Source: an uncultured Gemmatimonadales bacterium
GTDB taxonomy: Bacteria; Gemmatimonadota; Gemmatimonadetes; Gemmatimonadales; GWC2-71-9
DNA length: 64,000 bases
Assembly (NCBI GenBank): GCA_963748035.1
Contig: CAVVHO010000004.1
Span: 477,331 to 541,330 of the forward strand
Reading direction: 5' to 3'
A program made the translations under genes and the position numbers. The stretch's first letter is position 1; each line of letters starts with the position of its first letter. The notes below the pieces were generated by a model that did not search any database, was not told where the DNA came from, and saw only the letters and a program-made list of their open reading frames with translations. Below are positions 28,385-41,074 of the stretch, in pieces.

Positions 28385-28475
28385 GCCCGGAGCTGATCGC
28401 CCGCATAACTTACAATTGGACCTGCCTCAAATCTACCGCCAAGACAAACTATTACTATCTCCCTGCATACCAAGC
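28385..28475 (-). repeat. attC-like remnant at the right edge of the array
   Basis: The minus strand ends ...GGTCCAATTGTAAGTTATGCGGGC GATCAGC, resembling the L'-R' half of the 127-bp sites. The centre is shared with 23159-23234. No convincing R'' box is present. Confidence 0.3.
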
Positions 28476-28479
28476 GGCC

Positions 28480-29100
28480 TAATCCGACCGACCGACGCGA
28501 GCGAGATTGCGCGGGGAGCGGCAGAACGCGGGGGGAGGACGTGGGGGGGAGAGGAAGGCGGGGTAGCGGACGGGGCGGACGAAGCGGACCAAGCGCCTTG
28601 CGGCCCCGACCTCCAACGTACCGTCGTAGGGGCGACCCAACGGGTCGCCCGTTTCAACGATAAGAAACGGTGGTTTTGGCGACCCGTGCCAACCCGTCTT
28701 GGCTGGGTAAACTTCTCACCACGGAAACACGGAAATCACGGAAACAACCACGGAACAGTTCCGTGCACTCTCCGTGTCTTCCGTGCTTCCGTGGTGAATG
28801 TTTTAGCAGTGAGGAGTGAGGAGTAAGGAGTGAGGAGTAAGGAGTAAGGAGTGAGGAGTGAGGAGTGAGGAGTAGGGAGTAGGGAGTAGGGAGTAACGAG
28901 GGGCCCGAGGGCGCTCCCCATTCTGGCCGAGTGTCCCTTCAGTGACATCAGCCGCGGACGGCGCGGAAATAAAGGGATTGCTTCGTCGGTCGCTGCGCTC
29001 CCTCCTCGCAATGACAGCTGTCCGCCTGTCGCCCCGTCCGCCCCGTCCGCCTGTCCGCCCGTCCGCCCTGTCCGCCCCTTCCGCCCCGCCCCCCGGGAAC
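28480..29100. repeat. modular intergenic mosaic element (copy 4, largest)
   Basis: Module order:
- G-rich GGCGGACG-type array (28515-28590)
- REP1 (28625-28650)
- long CACCACGGAAACACGG hairpin (28717-28799)
- (GAGGAGTR/GGGAGTA)n (28808-28905)
- palindrome variant GTGTCCCTTCAGTGACATC (28931-28949)
- inverted GATTGCTTCG..CTCGCAATGACAG module (28977-29017)
- (CCGTCCGCC)n (29019-29090), complementary to the first array. Confidence 0.85.
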
Positions 29101-29143
29101 CTCCTGCCGCCTCCGGCGTTAAGGCAGGCAGGAGGAAATACCC

Positions 29144-29332
29144 ATGTCGACGACCCGTCAGCCTGAGACCATCCTGATGCACTCGGCCCTTGCCGGCCTG
29201 ACCCTGTTCACGCGGCGGGGGGCAGCCCCCTGGGCGGCCTACGAGATCCTGCCCGAGGGCAGGCTCGGCGACTGTCGGCCCACCGAGGCCGACCCCTCAT
29301 CCCATGCCTGGCGTGGAGCGTCGTCCCGATGA
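29144..29332 (+). CDS. small ORF translationally coupled to the GMC oxidoreductase gene
   Basis: ATG at 29144 lies 8 nt after GGAGGA. The stop TGA overlaps the next ATG (ATGA at 29329-29332). No family recognised, and the tail may be out of frame. Confidence 0.3.
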   Translation: MSTTRQPETILMHSALAGLTLFTRRGAAPWAAYEILPEGRLGDCRPTEADPSSHAWRGASSR

Positions 29333-30920
29333 ACAGCAACCACTACGACGTCATCATCATCGGCTCCGGCGCCGGCGGCGGCACCCTGGCCCACCGGCTG
29401 GCGCCGTCCGGCAAGCGGATCCTGCTGCTCGAGCGGGGCGACTACGTGCCGCGCGAGCGGGAGAACTGGAGCACCCGCGCCGTCAACCTCGAGGGGCGCT
29501 ACAACACCAAGGAAGAGTGGCGCGACGAGGACGGCAAGGCGCTGCATCCGCACACCAACTACTGCGTCGGCGGCAACACCAAGTTCTACGGCGCCGCCCT
29601 CTTCCGGCTTCGGCAGCGAGGACTTCGGCGAGCTCCGCCACCACGGCGGCGTCTCACCGGCCTGGCCGATCGGCTACGACGACCTCGAGCCGTACTACAC
29701 CGAGGCCGAGCATCTCTACCAGGTCCACGGTGAGCGCGGCGAGGATCCGACCGAGCCGCCGGCCAGCGCGCCCTACCAGTATCCCGCGGTCAGCCATGAG
29801 CCGCGCATCCAGCAGCTGCACGAGGACTTCGCCGGCTCGGGACTCCGGCCGTTTCACGTGCCGATGGGCGTGCATGCTCAACGAGCGGAACCCGCGGAAG
29901 AGCGCCTGCATCCGCTGCTCGACCTGCGACGGCCATCCCGTGCCTGGTGAACGCCAAGTCGGACGCGCAGGTCATCTGCGTGGATCCGGCGCTCGAGCAT
30001 CCCAACGTCACCCTGCTCACCGGCGCCTACGTCTCTCGCCTGGAGACCGATGCCTCCGGCCGCGAGCGTGACGACGGTGCACGTCGAGCGGGACGGCGCC
30101 AAGGAGACCTACTCGCGGCGACATCGTGGTGGTCTCCGCCGGCGCGATCAACTCGGCGGCGCTGCTGCTCCGCTCGGCGTCGGACAAGCACCCCCGCGGC
30201 CTGGCCAACGGCTCGGACGTGGTCGGGCGCCACTACATGGGGCACGTCAACTCGGTGCTGATGGCGCTCTCGCAAGTGCCCGAACCCGACGGTGTTCCAG
30301 AAGACCCTGGCGGTCAACGATTTCTACTTCGGCTCGCCGGAGTGGCAGCTACCCGATGGGTCACATCTCCTTCGTCGGCAAGCTCGACGGCGACACCCTC
30401 TCCGCCGGCGCACCGGCGATCGCTCCGGGGTGGACGCTCGATCTGATGGGCAAGCACTCGCTCGATTTCTGGCTGACCTCGGAGGATCTGCCCGATCCCG
30501 AGAACCGGGTGACGCTCGACCGCGACGGCAAGATCGTGCTCAGCTACCGGCCCAACAACGAAGAGGGCCACAAGCGGCTGATCGGCCAAGCTCGAGAAGC
30601 TGATGAAGCCGCAGACCGCCTGCGCGGTGCACGGCCACGAGTGCCATCAGGGACTCTTCTCCCGGAATCTCTTCCTCGGACAGCGCATCCCGCTCGCCGG
30701 CGTGGCCCACCAGAACGGCACCATTCGCTTCGGCCACGATCCGAAGACCTCGGCGCTCGATGCCAACTGCAGAGCCCACGAGGTGGACAACCTCTACGTG
30801 GTGGACGGCAGCTTCTTCCCGTCGAGCGGCGCGGTGAACCCCGCGCTCACCATCATGGCCAACGCGCTCCGGGTGGGCGACCACCTGCTCGAGCGGCTGG
30901 CGCTGATGCGCGCCGCGTGA
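29329..30920 (+). CDS. GMC-family FAD oxidoreductase (at least five frameshifts here)
   Basis: [25 protein letters not shown]...[18 protein letters not shown], then the sequence continues through track ORFs 29304.., 29947.., 30126.., 30050.. and 30603..30920. These read ...[42 protein letters not shown]... and ...[60 protein letters not shown]. Confidence 0.8.
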
Positions 30921-30996
30921 GCTGTACGTCGGGCTGGAGCCATGGGCTGGAACGCGCTGGCCATGAGCACTCGCTACCTCGTGTGGTACTACCTCG

Positions 30997-32057
30997 ATGA
31001 GTGTGGTGCTGCTCGTGTCGCCGCTTCCCGCGCAGGCGCCGTGGACCGGGCCCGGGGTAGGTCTCCCCGCGCAGGCACCGCGCATTGATCGGGAGCCGGG
31101 ACTCCCCGCGGCCACAGCGGTGCCGGTGGTGGGCCTCACCGTCTCGGACATGGATCGGTCGCTCGAGTTCTACACCCGGGTGCTCCCCTTCACGGGTGGA
31201 GTCCGATACCGAGGTGGCCGGCAACGACTGGGAACAGCTCACGGGGTCTTCGGCGTGCGGCTGCGGGTCGTCCGGCTCCGGCTGGGCGAGGAGCAGCTGG
31301 AGCTCACCGAGTACCTGGCGGCGTCTACCCCCGGGCGGCCCGCACCGGTGGACTCTCGCAGCAACGATCGCTGGTTCCAGCACGTCGCCATCATCGTCAG
31401 CGACATGGACAGCGCCTATCGCCGGCTGCGACGCACCGGGTGCGCAGTGCATCGACCGGTCCCCAGCTGCTGCCCAAGACCATCCCCGGCGCCGCCGGGC
31501 ATCCGCGCCTTCTATTTCAAGGACCCCGACGGCCATCCGCTGGAGATCCTGCAGTTCCCGGCCGACAAGGGCGATCCCAAGTGGCACGACAAGGACAGTC
31601 CGGGCTCTTTCTCGGCATCGATCACACCGCAATCGTGGTTAGCGACACCGAGCGCGAGCCTGGCCTTCTATCGCGACCTGCTCGGCCTCCGGGTCGCGGG
31701 AGAGAGCCGGAACTTCGGGACCGAGCAGGAGCACCTGAACAACGTGGAAGGCGCGCGGCTCCGGATCACCGGTCTCCGGAGTCCCGCCGGACCGGGCATC
31801 GAGTTGCTGGAGTACCTCGCTCCGACCGACGGCCGGCCCTACCCCGCCGACGAGCGGCCCAACGACCTGGTCCACTGGCAGACGACCGTTCGTCCGCGGG
31901 CTGGCCCAGTGTCGCAGCCGGACTGGAGTCGGCGGGGTGCCGCTGGTCTCCCGTCGAGCGTCCGGCGCCGGCGATCGTCCCGGAACCTCGCGCGGCTGCC
32001 CGCGGCGTTCTAGTCAGAGACCCCGATGGCCATGTCCTACAGCTGGTAGACCGGTAA
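30997..32057 (+). CDS. two-domain VOC/glyoxalase-family protein (frameshifted here)
   Basis: VVGLTVSDMDRSLEFYTRVLPF...FQHVAIIVSDMDSAYRRL...IRAFYFKDPDGHPLEILQFP...LAFYRDLLGLRV...IELLEY, ending VLVRDPDGHVLQLVDR* in the frame of track ORF 31440..32057. Confidence 0.65.
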
Positions 32058-32076
32058 CGACGGTCGGGAGCGAACG

Positions 32077-32529
32077 ATGGCAACCCAGTTTCGGCAGCTT
32101 GGTCCCGAGGATGCTGATCTCCTGGTCGGCTTCCTGCTCGGATGGCACCGACGGGAGGGCCTCTCGCTCGATGCCGACCGCGGCCCGGCGCGAGGTGGAG
32201 CGGCTCCTGGCTGACAACCACGACTCCCACAGTTGGCTGATCCAGCACGGGGAGCAGGTGATCGGCTACCTGATGCTGAACTTCAAGCAGGGCGGGCAGC
32301 TCGAGGCCCACCGGGCCTATGTCTCGGCGCTCTACGTCGCGCCGGAGGCCCGCGACACTGGAATATCGGACGCCGGGCCCATCGCTTCATCGCCGACCTC
32401 GCGCGCTGGCTCCAGGTACGGGTCTTCGACTTCGACGTTGAGCGGGAAGACCGCCACGCGGCCGCATTCACCCGTGTTGCCGCTGCTCCGCGCTGGCTGG
32501 ACACTCTTCCCCAACAGGCAAGCGCATGA
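32077..32529 (+). CDS. GNAT-family N-acetyltransferase (two frameshifts here)
   Basis: ATG at 32077 after [37 protein letters not shown] ... [17 protein letters not shown]...[17 protein letters not shown] | [15 protein letters not shown]. The stop overlaps the next ATG (ATGA at 32526-32529). Confidence 0.6.
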
Positions 32530-33686
32530 CTGGCATCCTGACCGACTCGACCACCGGCCGAATGGCCCGACCAAACGCGCCGATGATGAAGGCGATCGCC
32601 GTGATCCCGGGGAAGCCGGACTCGGTGCATCTGGCCGAAATGCCCCGGCCGCAGCTCGGCGAGGTGCCGAACGGGCGCGGCGTTCTCGTCAAGGTGCTCA
32701 GCGTCGGGGTGGACGGGACCGATAAGGAGATCAACGCCGCCGAATACGGTGCCGCGCCGCCGGGGTTCGATTTCCTGGTGATTGGCCACGAGAGCTTTGG
32801 GCGGGTGGAGGCCGTGGGGCCGAACGTGACCGAGCTTGTCCCGGGCGACTACGTGGTTGCCACGGTGCGCCGGCCCGGGCACAGCATCTACGATCTCATT
32901 GGCACCAATGACATGACCACAGACGACGTGTACTACGAGCGGGGCATCAATCTCCGCCACGGCTATCTGGCCGAGTACTACGTGGATGATGTGGAGTTCC
33001 TGGTGAAGATCCCTCAGGGGCTCAAGGACGTCGGTGTGCTGCTAGAGCCTACGACCGTGGTGGAGAAGGGGATCGCGCAGGCGTACGAGATCCAGCGCCG
33101 ACTTCGGGTCTGGCATCCGCGCAAGGCGGCGGTGATGGGTGCCGGGACGATTGGCCTGCTCGCAGCCATGGCGCTCCGCATTCGTGGACTGGATGTGACG
33201 GTCTTCGGGCTCGATCGGAAGCCGTATCTCAATTCCGATCTCATCGAAGCGCTAGGCGCCCGCTACGAGTCCACTCGCGACCTGCCGATCCCGGCCGGAG
33301 CGGCAAAATATGGCCCATTCGACCTCATCTTCGAGGCGACGGGGTTCTCACCGGTCGTCTTCGAGAGCATGCAGGCACTGGCCAAGAACGGCGTGCTGGT
33401 ACTCTCCAGCGTGACCGGTGGCGACCGAATGATCGAAGTCCCAGCAGACCGGATCAATCTCGATTTCGTGCTGGGCAACAAGGTCATGGTGGGCACCGTC
33501 AACGCGAATCGCGAGTACTTCGAGATCGGAGTGAAGGATCTGGCGACCTGTGAGGCGCAGTATCCCGGCTGGCTGAGCCGGCTGCTCACCCACCCGGTGG
33601 ACGGGTTGGCCAACTACCAGCAGCTTTTCGAGTTGTTGACCATGGGGAAGGGCGCGATAAAGGTGTATTGTCGGGTTTCAGAGTAG
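32526..33686 (+). CDS. Zn-dependent glucose 1-dehydrogenase (MDR family, archaeal-type GDH)
   Basis: Intact [23 protein letters not shown]...[10 protein letters not shown]...[15 protein letters not shown]...[16 protein letters not shown]...[12 protein letters not shown]...[12 protein letters not shown] resembles the Sulfolobus/Thermoplasma-type GDH layout. Alternative start at 32583/32586. Confidence 0.85.
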   Translation: MTGILTDSTTGRMARPNAPMMKAIAVIPGKPDSVHLAEMPRPQLGEVPNGRGVLVKVLSVGVDGTDKEINAAEYGAAPPGFDFLVIGHESFGRVEAVGPNVTELVPGDYVVATVRRPGHSIYDLIGTNDMTTDDVYYERGINLRHGYLAEYYVDDVEFLVKIPQGLKDVGVLLEPTTVVEKGIAQAYEIQRRLRVWHPRKAAVMGAGTIGLLAAMALRIRGLDVTVFGLDRKPYLNSDLIEALGARYESTRDLPIPAGAAKYGPFDLIFEATGFSPVVFESMQALAKNGVLVLSSVTGGDRMIEVPADRINLDFVLGNKVMVGTVNANREYFEIGVKDLATCEAQYPGWLSRLLTHPVDGLANYQQLFELLTMGKGAIKVYCRVSE

Positions 33687-33698
33687 GGCAACTAAGGT

Positions 33699-33910
33699 GG
33701 AACGGTAGAACGGTAGAACGGGGGAACGGGGGAACTACGGTAGAACGGTGAACGGGGGAACGGGGGAACGGGAACTGCCCGTCGCGAGATTGACGCGAGC
33801 AGGGGCGAGGCGCTGTCCCGTTCACCGTTCTACCGTTCACCGTTCTACCGTAGCTCTACCGTTCTACCGTAGCTCTACCGTTCTACCGTAGTTCTACCGT
33901 TCTACCGTTC
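33699..33910. repeat. octamer-array hairpin (GAACGGTA/GAACGGGG)n ... (TACCGTTC)n
   Basis: The left arm (33699-33775) and right arm (33816-33910) are reverse-complementary period-8 arrays. The element starts 13 bp after the GDH stop. Confidence 0.9.
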
Positions 33911-34760
33911 TGGCTGATAACCTTTCACGGGAGCCTTACCACCCTGTGCACCGCTGATCCATGCATCTGCCGGGCTATGCCGTTGAAGCCGAACTCTATC
34001 GTGGCCGCAAGCGCGCGGTGTATCGTGCACGTCGGCTGGCCGACGGCACACCGGTCATCGTCAAGGCGCTCATCGAGGAGTTCCCCTCCGCGGCCGACAC
34101 CGCCAACCTGCGGCGTGAGTACGCCATCCTGCGTTCGCTTGAGGTCCCGGGGATCGCCCGCGCTGTCGCCCTGGAGAATCAGGATGGCCGACCGGCGCTG
34201 GTCCTTGAGTACGCCGGGGAGACGACCCTCAAGGAGCTCATTGTCCGCCGCCAGGTGGACCTAGGGTTCAGCCTCTCCATCGCCCAGCAACTGGCTAGTG
34301 TACTGGCGTCACTGCACCACGCCGGCATCGTACATAAAGACGTCAATCCCAACAACATCATCGTGGCCCGTGACTCGGGGCGGGCCACGCTCACCGACTT
34401 TGGCATCGCATCGCGGGCCAGCTCCGAGGCCCAGCGCCCTGGTGTCCCCCACCTGATTGAGGGGACCCTGGCCTACATGTCCCCGGAGCAGACGGGGCGG
34501 ATGAACCGCGATCTCGACTATCGCAGCGACCTCTACTCGCTCGGCGTGACCTGTTTTGAAATGCTGACCGGACGAGTGCCGTTCGAGTCCGCAGACCCCT
34601 TGGAGGTCATCCACGGCCATGTGGCTCAACCTCCGGTCCCTCCCGTAGACCTCGACCCCACTATTCCACGTGCACTCTCCGATCTGGTGCTCCGGCTTCT
34701 CGGGAAGGCGGCCGAGGAACGCTACCAGAGCGCCGAGGGGGTCGCGGCGGATCTGGAACA

Positions 34761-39431
<4,671 letters not shown>

Positions 39432-39445
39432 AAACCGCAGGCTAA

Positions 39446-39540
39446 CAGGCGATAGGCGGCAGGCGACAGGCGACAACAGCGAGCTAAAGGCGAGAAGGCG
39501 AGGAGGCGAAGTCTCGCCTCCTCGCCTTCTCCCTGTTCGC
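39446..39540. repeat. octamer-word array plus hairpin GGCGAGAAGGCGAGGAGGCGA / TCGCCTCCTCGCCTTCTCC
   Basis: Read directly from the sequence. The element starts 15 bp after the stop at 39431. Confidence 0.85.
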
Positions 39541-39688
39541 CCGACCACCAGCCCTCTCCCGAACCCCCATCCCCGACAGTTCGTGACACTCACGAAATTT
39601 CGTGAGTCCCTCCCGGCACGATCCACCTGCCAAGATCATAAGTACTTACATAACAGCGTCTTAGACAACTGCTCATGGCTGCGCCTCC

Positions 39689-39704
39689 CGGCACGCGCCC
39701 TGCC
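39689..39704 (+). promoter_or_regulatory. candidate sigma-54 (-24/-12) promoter upstream of the STAS/ECF genes
   Basis: CGGCACGCGCCCTGCC against consensus TGGCACG-N4-TTGCW, with correct GG-N10-GC spacing and about 40 nt to the ATG at 39745. A second CTCCCGGCACG copy at 39611-39632 has wrong spacing. Confidence 0.35.
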
Positions 39705-39744
39705 TTACCAGGGGCTCGGACAGATCACCGGAGAGAGCTTCACG

Positions 39745-40014
39745 ATGCTGCGCCTCACCATCGGGACCAATGGCGGAAAGCACCCTCGCATACGGGCGGA
39801 GGGACGGCTCGTGGGGGACTATGCCAGCCTCCTGGAGAGCGAATGCCTGCGCGTCCTGCGTGAAGCCCCGGAGATCGAGCTGGAATTAGCTGAAGTGACA
39901 GATGTGGACGCTCGCGGGCTGGCGGCGCTCCGCCGCCTTCGGGGGCAGCCGATCGCACTGATAGGCTGCACCCCGATCCTGCTCGCGCTGCTAACCGACG
40001 GGAGTGCGACATGA
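39745..40014 (+). CDS. STAS-domain (anti-sigma-antagonist-like) protein
   Basis: Internal ATG at 39745 after GGAGAG. MLRLTIGTNGGKHPRIRAEGRLVGDYASLLESECLRVL...ELELAEVTDVDARGLAALRRL is SpoIIAA/STAS-like. The stop overlaps the next ATG (ATGA). Confidence 0.55.
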   Translation: MLRLTIGTNGGKHPRIRAEGRLVGDYASLLESECLRVLREAPEIELELAEVTDVDARGLAALRRLRGQPIALIGCTPILLALLTDGSAT

Positions 40015-40619
40015 CGGCACCACGGATGCTGGAATCGACCAACGCAGCGCAGCGCACTGCCACATCCTTTGCGGTGGGAGAATTCGAGGCGCTGCTCGAG
40101 GGGGTCCTCGATGTCGCCTATCGTACCGCCTACCACCTCACCCGCAACCCGGCAGATGCGGAGGACCTGGTGCAGGACGCCGCGCTGCTCGCTTGCCGGC
40201 ATCGCGCGACTTTTCAACGGGGCACGAACTTCCGCGCCTGGTTCCTCAAGATCCTGACCAATGCGTTCTATTCGAAGTGCCGGAAGCATCCGGCCGCCAA
40301 GGAAACGATATCGCTGGACCAGGAGTCGCCGACCCGGCTCTTCGCCATGGCGCAGGGGAGCGGGTTCGCGGCGGATCCCGACCCGGCGCTGACGTTTACC
40401 GACCGACTGGACGCCGAGACGATCAGTCGGGCCCTCGAGAATCTGCCGCTGGAGTTTCGGGTGGTCACCACCATGTACCTCGTGGATGATCTTCCCTATC
40501 GGGACATCGCCAGCGCACTCGAAATTCCTGTCGGAACCGTGCGCTCCCGGCTCCACCGCGGCCGGGCCATGCTGAAGCGATCGCTGTGGCAGGCGGCGGT
40601 GGATCGCGGATTGCACTGA
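40011..40619 (+). CDS. ECF-type RNA polymerase sigma factor
   Basis: Intact 202-aa ORF. Region 2 reads AYHLTRNPADAEDLVQDAALLACRHRATFQRGTNFRAWFLKILTNAF. Region 4 reads LPLEFRVVTTMYLVDDLPYRDIASALEIPVGTVRSRLHRGRAML. Confidence 0.85.
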   Translation: MTAPRMLESTNAAQRTATSFAVGEFEALLEGVLDVAYRTAYHLTRNPADAEDLVQDAALLACRHRATFQRGTNFRAWFLKILTNAFYSKCRKHPAAKETISLDQESPTRLFAMAQGSGFAADPDPALTFTDRLDAETISRALENLPLEFRVVTTMYLVDDLPYRDIASALEIPVGTVRSRLHRGRAMLKRSLWQAAVDRGLH

Positions 40620-40640
40620 TCGAGCCGATTGTTGATTGCT

Positions 40641-40808
40641 CGTGGGTCGAGTGTCATGGGTCGTGGGACATGGGTCATGACTTATGGACCTCAGACTCAT
40701 GACCCAAGTCCCATGACCCACGTCCCATGACCCACGACTCATGACCCACGTCCCATGACCCATAACCCACGACCCATGACCCTCGACCCATGACGCACGA
40801 CCCACGAC
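40641..40808. repeat. octamer-array hairpin (GTGGGTCG/CATGGGTC)n ... (CATGACCC/CACGACCC)n
   Basis: Left arm at 40641-40680 and right arm (about 13 units) at 40697-40808. The element starts 22 bp after the sigma-factor stop. Confidence 0.9.
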
Positions 40809-41074
40809 ACGTCTCTCTCGTCCCTCTTGCGAAGCCCCCTTCCGGCCGGTACGTTCTCCGCCACCGAATAGCTACCTAACAGACGAAGGTTCACGGCTGC
40901 CCTCTCGGTGCGACCGGCACTCAGTGCTGGCCGTCGGAGTATTGCAGCCGTCAGGACCCGGTGGTGCGCTGGCACCGGGCCTGCCCCGGCACAGACAGAC
41001 ATCTCGTGAGTTCCCCACATCCGCCCGGATCGAGCCGGGCAAACCACCGCCGGTTCCGGCGGCAGGAGGTAGTG

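Larger units (their letters stand above)
21936..28475 (-). mobile_element. integron-type gene-cassette array without integrase in the window (CALIN-like)
   Basis: Six cassette-sized units (about 0.57, 0.66, 1.84, 0.93, 0.61 and 1.85 kb) are delimited by attC-like imperfect palindromes. All recognisable ORFs are on the minus strand. Part of the array is about 50 % GC. See the individual attC entries and finding 1. Confidence 0.6.

Noticed and set aside
28736-29182. 148-aa ORF, plus similar ORFs at 23396..23689, 11724..12134 and 40739..41320
   Set aside because: These are translated entirely from octamer arrays and mosaic modules (THDP, RSEE and PSA repeats). They are not genes.
39606-39632. 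First CTCCCGGCACG copy as a sigma-54 promoter
   Set aside because: The GG-to-GC spacing is two nucleotides too long (GGCACGATCCACCTGC). Only the second copy at 39689-39704 has canonical spacing.
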